A stretch of 64,000 bases of DNA from an uncultured Flavobacteriales bacterium (GTDB taxonomy: Bacteria; Bacteroidota; Bacteroidia; Flavobacteriales; TMED113): NCBI GenBank assembly GCA_964435285.1, contig CAYSYA010000002.1, positions 38,900 through 102,899 of the forward strand, in the 5' to 3' direction. Below the pieces are notes generated by a model. The model did no database searches. It was not told where the DNA came from and worked only from the letters and a program-made list of their open reading frames with translations. Shown here one piece after another: positions 1 through 9,056 of the stretch (positions within the stretch are counted from its first letter, which is position 1; every line of letters begins with the position of its first letter). The position numbers were made by a program, and so were the translations under genes.

Positions 1-1375
1 CACTTAATCGTTCCGCCATTTTTTTGGTTAACGTAGTAACTAAAACTCTTTCGTTATTTTTAATTATTTGATGAATTTCATTCAACAGGTCGTCAATTTG
101 ATTTTTTGATTTTCTAATTTCAATTTTAGGTTCTAAAATCCCATTGGGCCTAATTAATTGTTCAATTACGACCCCACCACATTTTTCCATTTCATAGTCT
201 GAAGGAGTAGCGCTTAAATAAATAGTTTGTGGAGTTATTTCTTCAAATTCCTCAAAATTTAAAGGTCTATTATCTAAGGCAGATGGAAGTCTGAATCCAT
301 AGTCAACAAGATTTTTTTTTCTAGCTTTATCTCCTCCATACATTCCTTTAACTTGAGGAATCGTTACGTGACTTTCATCAATCACAAACAAAAAATCTTC
401 GGGAAAATAATCAAATAAACAAAATGGTCTTTCTCCAACTAATCTTTTATCAAAATACCTTGAATAATTTTCGATACCCGGACAATATCCTAATTCTTTA
501 ATCATTTCAATGTCTAGTTCTGTTCTTTTTTCAATTCTTTCTGCTTCTTCTATTTGATTATTTTCAACGAAGTATTTTTTCTGAGAGTTTAAATCATTAT
601 ATATATTTTCTATAATTTCATCATTACTACTTGATACAAAAATACTATTTGGGTATATCAGTAATTTATGTATAAAAGTAGATTTATTATTACTGATATC
701 TATTTCTTCTATTTCGTCAATTTCTTCCCCCCAAAAATTAATTTTAAATTTTTTTTCTATGTACGAAGGTAAAATTTCTACAGAGTCTCCTATTATTTTA
801 AAAGTTCCTGGCTCTAAATCATGTTTTACTCTGTTATACATCCCTGAAATCAAATGACTAATTAATTTTTTTCTTTCAATATTTTGATTTTTTTCAATTA
901 ATATTGTTTTTTCTTTAAATAACTTGGGATTACCTAGACCGTAAATACATGAAACTGATGAGACAACAATTATATCTTTTTTGCCAGATAGTAATGTTGA
1001 TGTAGCTCTCAGTCTCATCTTTTCTATTTCTTTATTAACAGATAAATCTTTTTCGATGTATTTTCCCGTAACTGGCAAGTATGCTTCTGGTTGATAATAG
1101 TCATAATATGATACAAAATACTCAACATTATTCTCTGGAAAAAAGTCTTTAAATTCTGAATACAATTGAGCAGCCAGAGTTTTATTATGACATAAAATTA
1201 AAGTAGGCTTTTGAGTATTTTCAATAACATTAGCAATTGTAAATGTTTTTCCGGAACCGGTTACACCAAGTAAGCACTGATTTTTTTCTCCGTTTTTAAC
1301 GCCATTAGATAAATTTTTAATTGCTGCAGGTTGATCTCCTGTTGGATAAAATGGCGCATTTAATTTAAACTTCAT
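1..1375 (-). CDS. uvrB: Excinuclease ABC subunit B (UvrB), first ~458 codons; 3' end lies beyond the left window edge
   Basis: Own minus-strand translation from ATG at 1375-1373: MKFKLNAPFYPTGDQPAAIKNLSNGVKNGEKNQCLLGVTGSGKTFTIANVIENTQKPTLILCHNKTLAAQLY... It has the Walker A motif GVTGSGKT, then YYDYYQPEAY, VSCIYG and FVIDESHVT. The frame is open to position 1. It is absent from the ORF track because it has no stop inside the window. Confidence 0.93.
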   Translation of the reverse strand, partial: MKFKLNAPFYPTGDQPAAIKNLSNGVKNGEKNQCLLGVTGSGKTFTIANVIENTQKPTLILCHNKTLAAQLYSEFKDFFPENNVEYFVSYYDYYQPEAYLPVTGKYIEKDLSVNKEIEKMRLRATSTLLSGKKDIIVVSSVSCIYGLGNPKLFKEKTILIEKNQNIERKKLISHLISGMYNRVKHDLEPGTFKIIGDSVEILPSYIEKKFKINFWGEEIDEIEEIDISNNKSTFIHKLLIYPNSIFVSSSNDEIIENIYNDLNSQKKYFVENNQIEEAERIEKRTELDIEMIKELGYCPGIENYSRYFDKRLVGERPFCLFDYFPEDFLFVIDESHVTIPQVKGMYGGDKARKKNLVDYGFRLPSALDNRPLNFEEFEEITPQTIYLSATPSDYEMEKCGGVVIEQLIRPNGILEPKIEIRKSKNQIDDLLNEIHQIIKNNERVLVTTLTKKMAERLS

Positions 1376-2123
1376 TATTTTTTTTTAGTTCCTTAAACCA
1401 TATATTAAATGATAATTCTGCTTGTAACTTTAACATTAATTCACCGTTCATTGTTTTTGCTCCCATTTTTTTTCCTTTTTTCAAAAATAAAGTTTCCTTT
1501 GGGTTATAAGCAACATCAAACATATAATTCTTTTCATTGAGTAGCTTATAATTAATTTTAGGTGCTTTATCAGAGTATTTACCACCTCCAAGTATCGTAG
1601 TATTAATTATCAATTTATGTGTTTGTAAATATTTTTCACAATTATTATATGATATTATTTCGTTCTCATTTGTATTTCTTGATACTGTAATAAATTCAAT
1701 ATTTTTTTTTCTTAAAACGTATTTGATTGATTTAGAAACACCTCCATTTCCTAATACTATACCTTTGATTTTTGATTGAGGAAGAAATAGATCTAGAGAT
1801 TTTTCAAATCCATGAACATCTGTGTTAAATCCAGTTAACTTGTTATTTTTCTTATTAAAAAAAATGGTGTTAACAGATTCCGTATGTTTAGAAATATCGT
1901 CTATTTGATCTAAATATTGAATAATAGATTCTTTAAATGGAGAAGTAACATTTAGCCCAATAATATTTTTTTTTTTTAATACTGAACCAAAGTCATTTAA
2001 AGATTCTAATTCATACAATTCATATTTAAAATTATTTAAATTTTCTTTTTTGAATTTTAATTTAAAATACTTCTTAGAAAAAGAATATTTTAAGTTTTTT
2101 CCAATTAATCCAAGATTAAACAT
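1365..2123 (-). CDS. aroE: Shikimate dehydrogenase (AroE)
   Basis: Track ORF 1365..2174 trimmed to the internal ATG at 2123. MFNLGLIGKNLKYSFSKKYF fits the AroE N-terminus (GLIG..x..S.S), and GNGGVSKS is the dinucleotide-fold glycine motif. The longer start would run 59 nt into the upstream gene. With the trimmed start the overlap is 8 nt (ATGTTTAA). Confidence 0.85.
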   Translation of the reverse strand: MFNLGLIGKNLKYSFSKKYFKLKFKKENLNNFKYELYELESLNDFGSVLKKKNIIGLNVTSPFKESIIQYLDQIDDISKHTESVNTIFFNKKNNKLTGFNTDVHGFEKSLDLFLPQSKIKGIVLGNGGVSKSIKYVLRKKNIEFITVSRNTNENEIISYNNCEKYLQTHKLIINTTILGGGKYSDKAPKINYKLLNEKNYMFDVAYNPKETLFLKKGKKMGAKTMNGELMLKLQAELSFNIWFKELKKNNEV

Positions 2124-3048
2124 TTTTTTTTCTACTGATGAAATTGATTGAAAATAATGATAAAAATCCGGCAATCATTAAAAATATTAGATGAAAGTAG
2201 TTATTAAAATAATTCATAATATTTCCACTATTATTAATTTCATTAATTATTGGGCTAATAATTTCTAAATAAGCGGTTGTTTCCTCAGATCTAACAGGCC
2301 ATATAAAAATTAGAGATCCAAGAATAAACCCGGCAATAATTGATAAAGTTTCATTTCTATATTTTTTGAATAGCCATGATATGATTTTTGCAAGAGATAT
2401 CATACCAAATGCCATACCCAATATAAATACTATTAGATATATAAATGAATTAATATCTTCATGAAATTTATTGATACTATCTTTAACAAGAAGATTATAA
2501 TTTCCTAGAATTAAAAGTAGATAAGAACCTGATAATCCAGGTACAACCATTCCCGTAATTCCAATTACCCCACAAAAAAATATAAATATTATATTGTTAT
2601 TTTCTTGTTGAATTCCAGGAGTTATTGCTATGGATACTGCAATGGATATGCCAGCAATAAAATAAAATAAATATGAATATCTAAACTTTGGAATCATATT
2701 AATGATAATAGGGACGGAACATAATATCAATCCAAAAAAATAAGATAATGTATACTCTTTATTTTTTCCCAGTAAATCAAAATACTCCAAGGCATTAGCA
2801 AATAATAAAGCGCTTGAAATTATACCTATAGTAATAGGAATTAGAAAATTAAGCGACAAATCGTTATAAATTTTTTTGAAATTTAAATTATATAAACTTA
2901 ATAAAGTATCTTTTTTTACAGCTGAAATAGTATTAATTAATTTTTCGTAAATACCTAATATTAATGCTATTGTAGCTCCAGAAAGGCCAGGGATTACATT
3001 TGCCACTCCAATTAAAAGTCCAAAAAATATATTTTTTAAAAAAAACAC
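2116..3048 (-). CDS. DUF368-family polytopic membrane protein (PopT-like candidate polyprenyl-phosphate transporter)
   Basis: 310 aa and highly hydrophobic. The signature is internally duplicated: VIPGLSGATIALILGIY near the N-terminus and VVPGLSGSYLLLILGNY mid-protein, as is typical of DUF368. Confidence 0.8.
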   Translation of the reverse strand: MFFLKNIFFGLLIGVANVIPGLSGATIALILGIYEKLINTISAVKKDTLLSLYNLNFKKIYNDLSLNFLIPITIGIISSALLFANALEYFDLLGKNKEYTLSYFFGLILCSVPIIINMIPKFRYSYLFYFIAGISIAVSIAITPGIQQENNNIIFIFFCGVIGITGMVVPGLSGSYLLLILGNYNLLVKDSINKFHEDINSFIYLIVFILGMAFGMISLAKIISWLFKKYRNETLSIIAGFILGSLIFIWPVRSEETTAYLEIISPIINEINNSGNIMNYFNNYFHLIFLMIAGFLSLFSINFISRKKNV

Positions 3049-3052
3049 TATA

Positions 3053-3346
3053 TCATTTAATTTTTTCTAAGTATGATTGATACCCACCAGATAGGTTAGA
3101 GACATTATTCATTGAGTATTTTTTTCTTAAAATATGAACAACTGCAGCCCCTCTTCTTCCACTGTTACAATATATAACAACAGGCTTAATTTTATCAATT
3201 AGGTCAATTGAATCTAAAATTTGATCCATAGGAATGTTTAATTTTGAAATGCACCCATCATCAAACTCATATTTTTCTCTAATATCAATAACTTGGATGT
3301 TATTCCTATTTAATTTTAAAAAATTATCAATATCAATTTCTCTCAT
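3053..3346 (-). CDS. Single-domain rhodanese-like sulfurtransferase
   Basis: 97 aa with the active-site loop VVIYCNSGRRGAAV (Cys followed by an Arg-containing loop). Size and layout resemble GlpE/PspE-type rhodaneses. Confidence 0.8.
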   Translation of the reverse strand: MREIDIDNFLKLNRNNIQVIDIREKYEFDDGCISKLNIPMDQILDSIDLIDKIKPVVIYCNSGRRGAAVVHILRKKYSMNNVSNLSGGYQSYLEKIK

Positions 3347-3352
3347 AACTAT

Positions 3353-4111
3353 TTACTTAATAAATTGATGAAAAGTATCTCCTCTTAATCCTAACCTTAA
3401 GCATTCTAAGGGAATAACAGATTTAGGGTCTATATTTCCTAAGTTAACATTTGCACCCATTAATTTAATAAACCAAACCTGTTGATCTTTTTTTGGAGCT
3501 TCCCATAATATTTTTTCATTTGGTATTTTTGATAAAATTTCTTCAATTAAGTCTGATCTAATTTCACCGTCCTTTCTAAAAACACCAACTGTTCCACTTT
3601 CTCGAGCTTCTGCAATTACCTTCCATGAGCCTGCATCTAATTCTTGTTTCATTAACTTTATCCATTTAGAGGGAGCTAAAATACGATTTGATTTTTTGTA
3701 TCCAACTTCAGAAAAAACCGTAAATTTTTTGGATAAATTAGAAATATATTCACATTTTATTTTATGATTTAGATCAATAGATCCATCAGAAACTTCAATA
3801 GTATTTAAGTTTAGCTCTTCAACAAAGTTTATATAATCATCAAACATATTACGAATTATAAAGGCTTCAAATAATGTTCCTCCTACATGGACCTTGATGT
3901 TGTTTTTTTGGTATAATTGAATTTTCTTTTTTATATTTTTTGAAATTATTGCGGTTCCGAATCCAAGTTTAATAATATCGATGTAATCAGAGCTAGAATA
4001 AACTAAGTCCTCTGCTTCCCTAATACTCAAGCCTTTATCCATAACCATAGTTAAACCAATATCTCTTGTTTTTTTTGTTCGATTAGGTATTTTATCTAAT
4101 GTATAATTCAT
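3353..4111 (-). CDS. comA: (2R)-phospho-3-sulfolactate synthase (ComA family)
   Basis: 252 aa, collinear by recall with archaeal ComA: GLTMVMDKGL, DYIDIIKLGFGT, VHVGGTLFE, IEVSDGSIDL, EARESG, WEAPKKDQQVWFI and LRLGLRGDTF. Confidence 0.85.
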   Translation of the reverse strand: MNYTLDKIPNRTKKTRDIGLTMVMDKGLSIREAEDLVYSSSDYIDIIKLGFGTAIISKNIKKKIQLYQKNNIKVHVGGTLFEAFIIRNMFDDYINFVEELNLNTIEVSDGSIDLNHKIKCEYISNLSKKFTVFSEVGYKKSNRILAPSKWIKLMKQELDAGSWKVIAEARESGTVGVFRKDGEIRSDLIEEILSKIPNEKILWEAPKKDQQVWFIKLMGANVNLGNIDPKSVIPLECLRLGLRGDTFHQFIK

Positions 4112-4187
4112 TTTTTTATAAACAAATACTTTTTTTAAAAATACAAAATACTTAATGACTAATTTAAATCATAAATAAAAAGTTATT

Positions 4188-4195
4188 TACATTTG
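4188..4195 (+). promoter_or_regulatory. Candidate Bacteroidetes -7 promoter element TAnnTTTG (TACATTTG) upstream of glmM
   Basis: Exact match to TAnnTTTG, 24 nt upstream of the ATG at 4219, in the 107-bp divergent intergenic region. No convincing -33 TTTG was found. Confidence 0.35.
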
Positions 4196-4218
4196 TAATA
4201 TTTCAATAAAATTTAATA

Positions 4219-5604
4219 ATGGTATTAATTAAATCTGTTTCAGGAATTAGAGGAACAATAAATAAAACTTCTGAGGAAAATTTAAATCCCTTCAATGTCC
4301 TTAAATTCATTACTATTTATGCTTTTTATTTAAAAAATATTAGTACCGACCCATCTGTTATTTTAGGTAGAGATGGAAGAGTTTCTGGGCCACACATTTC
4401 GAAGATTATTTCGATTAGATTAAATGAAATGGGAATAAACGTTATTAATATTGGTTTAACAGCTACCCCAACATTAGGTTTATATGTTTCTTTTAAAAAA
4501 GCAACAGGTGGTATTATGATTTCAGCAAGTCATAATAACATTGAATGGAATGCATTAAAGTTTTTTAATAATAAAGGGGAGTTTTTAACTAAAGAAGAAA
4601 GTGATAATATAATAAATTCTAAAATTGATTTGAAAAATTATAGTATTGTAAATAAATCAGTGGCGATTAAATTAGCTAATGATGCAGTTAATTTTCATAT
4701 CAATTCAATTCTTGAACTTAAAGAGGTCACAGTTGAGAAAATAAAAAGAAAAAAAATAAAAGTAGTTTTAGATGGTATTAATTCTTCTGGAGGCCATATA
4801 ATCCCAAAATTACTTAAGGTATTAAACGTATCTGTTGTTAAAATAAATTGTGTACCAAATGGTATTTTTGATCATAATCCAGAGCCATCCCCTGAAAACT
4901 TATTTAAATTATCTCGTGCTGTTATCTCTGAAAATGCTGACTTTGGAATTGCAATTGATCCAGATGTTGATAGATTAGTTTTTGTTTGTGAAGATGGAAG
5001 TTTTTTTGGTGAAGAAAATACAATTATAGCTATTGGTAATTATGTTTTATCAAAGTTAAAGGGTAGTACTGTATCCAATCTATCTTCATCAAATGGTTTA
5101 CGAGATATAACATTAAAAAGGAATTTGAAGCATTATTATTCACCTGTTGGAGAAAGTAATGTGATAAAAGTAATGAAAGAAAAACAATCAATATTTGGTG
5201 GTGAAGGGAGTGGGGGTGTAATATTTCCTAAGTTACATTTTGGGAGAGATGCATTAGTTGGAATTGCTTTATTCTTGTCTTACTTTTCAGAACTCAATTT
5301 ATCATGTAAAGAAATAAAAAATAAGTTACCTAGCTATTTTATGTTCAAAGACAAAATTACTTTGCCAAACAAATTTAATTTTAATAAATTAATTGATTTA
5401 GTCAAGTCTGATTTAAAGAATAATAATGATGTTGACTTTATTTTTTTGGATGGTATGAGAGTTAATTATAGTTGTGGAAGTTGGATACATATAAGAAAAT
5501 CCAATACTGAACCAATAATTAGATTTATAATTGAGTCAAAATCAAAGAAAAAAATAGAAGAATTAAAAGATTTTATTAATCTTTATATTAAAAAATTATT
5601 GTGA
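4219..5604 (+). CDS. glmM: Phosphoglucosamine mutase / phosphohexomutase family (GlmM-like)
   Basis: Active-site serine loop ISASHNNIEWNALKF, metal loop FGIAIDPDVDRL and sugar-binding loop GGEGSGG. At 461 aa it matches the Bacteroidetes GlmM size. Confidence 0.8.
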   Translation: MVLIKSVSGIRGTINKTSEENLNPFNVLKFITIYAFYLKNISTDPSVILGRDGRVSGPHISKIISIRLNEMGINVINIGLTATPTLGLYVSFKKATGGIMISASHNNIEWNALKFFNNKGEFLTKEESDNIINSKIDLKNYSIVNKSVAIKLANDAVNFHINSILELKEVTVEKIKRKKIKVVLDGINSSGGHIIPKLLKVLNVSVVKINCVPNGIFDHNPEPSPENLFKLSRAVISENADFGIAIDPDVDRLVFVCEDGSFFGEENTIIAIGNYVLSKLKGSTVSNLSSSNGLRDITLKRNLKHYYSPVGESNVIKVMKEKQSIFGGEGSGGVIFPKLHFGRDALVGIALFLSYFSELNLSCKEIKNKLPSYFMFKDKITLPNKFNFNKLIDLVKSDLKNNNDVDFIFLDGMRVNYSCGSWIHIRKSNTEPIIRFIIESKSKKKIEELKDFINLYIKKLL

Positions 5605-6737
5605 TAGAAAAAGTATATTTAGATAATGCAGCGACAACAAGAGTTGACCCAAACGTGGTTGTGGTTATGACTGATTGTTTAAGAAAAAATTATGGTAATC
5701 CATCATCAATTCATTCATTTGGAAGAAAAAGTAGATCACTAATTGAAAGTTCAAGAAGGAAGATTGCAAAATTAATTAATGCTTCACCAAGCGAAATATA
5801 TTTTACTTCAGGCGGAACTGAAGCTGATAATATGGCCATTAGAGGTGCTGTTAGAGATGCTGGTGTAAAAAATATAATTACTTCTAAAATAGAGCATCCT
5901 GCAGTATTAAACACTGTTAAAAATTTAGAAAAACAAAAAAAAATTAGTCTTCATTTCGTTAATTTAAATGAAGTGGGTGAAATTGATATTTCTCATTTAA
6001 AAAATTTACTTGAAGAAAATAAAAATTGTTTGGTAAGTTTAATGCATGCAAATAATGAAATTGGTAATTTATTACCTATTGATGAAGTTTCTAAATTATG
6101 TTCTAAGTATGGTGCTTTATTTCACAGTGACACAGTCCAAACTATTGCTCATCTTCCAATTGATGTTAAAAAGAACCCTGTTGATTTTTTAGTTTGTTCA
6201 GCTCATAAGTTTCATGGACCTAAGGGGGTTGGGTTTTTATACGTTAATAATAAAATTAACATAACTCCTCTTATTCACGGCGGAAGTCAGGAGAAAAATA
6301 TGAGAGGAGGAACAGAATATGTGTATGGAATTGTTGGTTTATCAAAAGCAATGGAAATTGCTTTTTCTAAAATGTCATTGCATCATGAGCATATTTTAAA
6401 ATTAAAAAAACACATGATTAATAGACTAAATGAACTAATTCCAGAAATATCTTTTAATGGATTGTCAAGCAATATTTCTAAAAGCTTATATACGGTTTTG
6501 AGTGTTTCTGTTCCTAAATTTAATAATTCCGATTTGCTATTATTTAATTTAGACTTATTTGGAATTGCTTGTTCAGGCGGAAGTGCTTGTAGTTCGGGTA
6601 GTTCAAAGCTTTCTCATGTAATTTCTGAAATTAATAATAAAAGTGAAAATACTGTTATAAGATTTTCTTTTTGTAAATATAATACAATAGAGGAAATCAA
6701 TTATGTTGTTGAAAAATTAAAATATTTAATTGACTAG
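5601..6737 (+). CDS. Cysteine desulfurase (NifS/IscS-like, class V aminotransferase)
   Basis: GTG start overlapping the glmM stop (GTGA). N-terminus IEKVYLDNAATT, PLP-lysine motif SAHKFHGPKGVG and catalytic Cys loop SGGSACSSG. Confidence 0.85.
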   Translation: MIEKVYLDNAATTRVDPNVVVVMTDCLRKNYGNPSSIHSFGRKSRSLIESSRRKIAKLINASPSEIYFTSGGTEADNMAIRGAVRDAGVKNIITSKIEHPAVLNTVKNLEKQKKISLHFVNLNEVGEIDISHLKNLLEENKNCLVSLMHANNEIGNLLPIDEVSKLCSKYGALFHSDTVQTIAHLPIDVKKNPVDFLVCSAHKFHGPKGVGFLYVNNKINITPLIHGGSQEKNMRGGTEYVYGIVGLSKAMEIAFSKMSLHHEHILKLKKHMINRLNELIPEISFNGLSSNISKSLYTVLSVSVPKFNNSDLLLFNLDLFGIACSGGSACSSGSSKLSHVISEINNKSENTVIRFSFCKYNTIEEINYVVEKLKYLID

Positions 6738-8191
6738 TAGTAGTGTAATCTTCTAACTCCACTTATATACTTAGCTAATCTTATAACCTGTTTAGTATAT
6801 CCATATTCGTTGTCATACCAAACATACAAGACAATGTTCTTTCCACTTTTTGAAACAATAGTAGCATTTGAATCAAAAATTGCACAACCTGTTGTTCCAA
6901 TTATATCATTAGAAACTAATTCCTCGTTAATTGAATATTTTATTTGATTAACTAATTCCCCAGATAAAGAAGATTTTCTTAAGATCTCATTTATTTCGTT
7001 AGCTGATGTTTTTTCCTTTAAGTCAAGATTCATTACCGCTAATGAACCATTAGGAGTAGGTACTCTTATTGCGTTAGCGGTTAATTTTCCATCAAGATTT
7101 GGCATAATTTTAGAAATTGCTTTTCCTGCACCAGTAGATGTGATAACCATATTTATTGCTGCAGATCTTCCTCTTCTACTTTTACTATGCATATTATCTA
7201 ATAAATTTTGATCATTAGTATAAGCATGTATTGTTTCTATATGTCCTTTACTAATCTTTTTTTCTTTGTTAATAATATGTAAAATTGGTGCAATTGCATT
7301 AGTAGTACACGATGCGGCAGAAAAAATATTTTCATCATCTATATTAAATTTTTTATGATTAACACCGTATACAATATTCGGAATAGAATTACCAGGTGCT
7401 GTTAATAAGACTTTTTTAATAAATTTATTCAGATGAGTTTTTAATTGCGTTTTTTCTTTATAAATCCCAGTGCTATCAATTAATAAAGCATCCTTGATAC
7501 TTAACTTTTTATAATCTACTTTTTCACTTGATGATAAAAAATAAATATGTTGTCCATTTACAATTATTGATTTTCTTTTTTCATCAATTTCTAGTGAACC
7601 AGAAAATCTACCATGAACTGAATCTTGAAGTAAAAGAGATGCCCTTTTTTTAAGAGATTTATTATCAATATTTCTAACAACAACAGCTCTTATTCTTAAC
7701 TGTTGACCTTTTCCAGCTTGTTTAATCAGTTCTCTGGCGCATAATCTTCCTATTCTTCCAAAGCCAAATAGAATAACATCTTTTGGCTTTAAATTTGAGT
7801 TTGATGGTTTTACAATAAATTTTAATTTTTTATTTAAAAAATCTAATTGGTTTTCATAAGATTTTTTCTCTTCAATCCACTCGAAAGTTAATTTACCTAT
7901 GTCTATTTTAGATGGGCATAGGTCCATTGCATACAAGTTTTTTACGATTTCTGTTGTTTCAAACACATTTATTGGTTTTTTTACAAAGTTTTTTGCGTAA
8001 TGGTGAAGTCTTAAAATTTTTGTAATTGTTGTGTCAATTAAGTGTCTTCTAAATAGAACTAATTCAACTCCTTTTTCGTAAAGTAATTTGCCCGTATAAT
8101 TAATTAAACTAACTGCAGCTTGTTCTTTTTGAATATATTTTTCAAGTTTTTCATTATAAATTCCTTTTTTATTGTCTTTTTTTGAGTTCAT
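6734..8191 (-). CDS. gap: Glyceraldehyde-3-phosphate dehydrogenase, long (~480 aa) form with N-terminal extension
   Basis: NAD motif FGFGRIGR begins near residue 143, and the catalytic motif is SAASCTTNAIAP. About 135 residues precede the Rossmann fold. Confidence 0.9.
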   Translation of the reverse strand: MNSKKDNKKGIYNEKLEKYIQKEQAAVSLINYTGKLLYEKGVELVLFRRHLIDTTITKILRLHHYAKNFVKKPINVFETTEIVKNLYAMDLCPSKIDIGKLTFEWIEEKKSYENQLDFLNKKLKFIVKPSNSNLKPKDVILFGFGRIGRLCARELIKQAGKGQQLRIRAVVVRNIDNKSLKKRASLLLQDSVHGRFSGSLEIDEKRKSIIVNGQHIYFLSSSEKVDYKKLSIKDALLIDSTGIYKEKTQLKTHLNKFIKKVLLTAPGNSIPNIVYGVNHKKFNIDDENIFSAASCTTNAIAPILHIINKEKKISKGHIETIHAYTNDQNLLDNMHSKSRRGRSAAINMVITSTGAGKAISKIMPNLDGKLTANAIRVPTPNGSLAVMNLDLKEKTSANEINEILRKSSLSGELVNQIKYSINEELVSNDIIGTTGCAIFDSNATIVSKSGKNIVLYVWYDNEYGYTKQVIRLAKYISGVRRLHYY

Positions 8192-8255
8192 TTGATATGT
8201 AAATAGAATTAAATTAAACTAATAATTAAATCTAACATTTTATTTAATTAATTTT

Positions 8256-9056
8256 ATGAAAAAATATAATTACTTGAAAATAAAATTTTATAAATATCAA
8301 GGTTCTGGTAATGACTTTGTTATTATAGACAACAGAGAAAATAAAATTATAATTGATTCTTTATTTATTGAGAATTTATGTCATAGAAAATATGGCATAG
8401 GTGCTGATGGCTTAATTACATTAGAGGGCAGCAGTTCCAAAGGATTCTCTATAAGACATTTTAATTCAGATGGTGAACAGTCATCTTTTTGTGCTAATGG
8501 TAGTAGGTGTATTGTGCATTTTGCAAAATATTTAAATTTATTTGAGGATAATTTTATTTTTTTATCTAATGGAAAAGAAATTACTGGAAGCTCAGTTGAT
8601 AATTTTGTTACAATAACAATGCCCAATGTTATTAATGTTGAAACTGATCAAAATGGTTATTATATTTTAAATACTGGGTGTCGTCATTTAGTAGTATTTA
8701 CTGAAGATTTAGAGAACGTTGATGTTAATTATTTAGGAAGCGAAATAAGGAATTTAAAAGACTATAAGAAAGATGGTATAAATGTAAATTTTGTAGAAAT
8801 TTCAAATCAAAAATTCTCAATTAGAACTTATGAAAGAGGGGTTGAAAATGAAACACTTTCTTGCGGAACAGGCGTAGTTGCCTCTGTAATAGCAACAATT
8901 GAAAAAGGAATTAATATTCCTCCTGAGGTTTCAGTTGAAACATTAGGAGGTAGCTTAGTTGTTAAGTGGGAGAAAATTAATAATGTGTATTCTAATATTT
9001 GTTTATCAGGTTCTGTTTCTTTAGTCTTTCAAGGATATATCGAATATGAAAACTAG
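8256..9056 (+). CDS. dapF: Diaminopimelate epimerase
   Basis: GSGNDFVIIDNR, with the two catalytic Cys contexts NSDGEQSSFCANGSRC and ETLSCGTG. Confidence 0.9.
   Translation: MKKYNYLKIKFYKYQGSGNDFVIIDNRENKIIIDSLFIENLCHRKYGIGADGLITLEGSSSKGFSIRHFNSDGEQSSFCANGSRCIVHFAKYLNLFEDNFIFLSNGKEITGSSVDNFVTITMPNVINVETDQNGYYILNTGCRHLVVFTEDLENVDVNYLGSEIRNLKDYKKDGINVNFVEISNQKFSIRTYERGVENETLSCGTGVVASVIATIEKGINIPPEVSVETLGGSLVVKWEKINNVYSNICLSGSVSLVFQGYIEYEN

Noticed and set aside
1365-2174. N-terminally extended ORF versions in the track (aroE 2174, hutI 31234, aroC 31189, TrpG/PabA 37430, parC 57459, CAP 35033)
   Set aside because: The extensions overlap neighbouring genes or divergent partners and add residues absent from the conserved family N-termini. 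Internal ATG codons give canonical N-termini, so shorter coordinates were used.
5711-5914. Other short or antisense track ORFs: 5711..5914, 8381..8626, 11104..11301, 17570..17767, 17846..18031, 21185..21517, 21882..22067, 22257..22523, 23204..23479, 23585..23770, 24639..24893, 25926..26201, 26449..26646, 27928..28140, 28414..28608, 29193..29384, 32268..32609, 32817..33161, 36083..36693 (three ORFs), 37136..37336, 46906..47136, 50271..50465, 51372..51662, 55620..55811 and 63585..63776
   Set aside because: Each is nested in or antisense to a longer ORF with clear conserved motifs. The translations are hydrophobic or low-complexity and none shows a recognisable domain.
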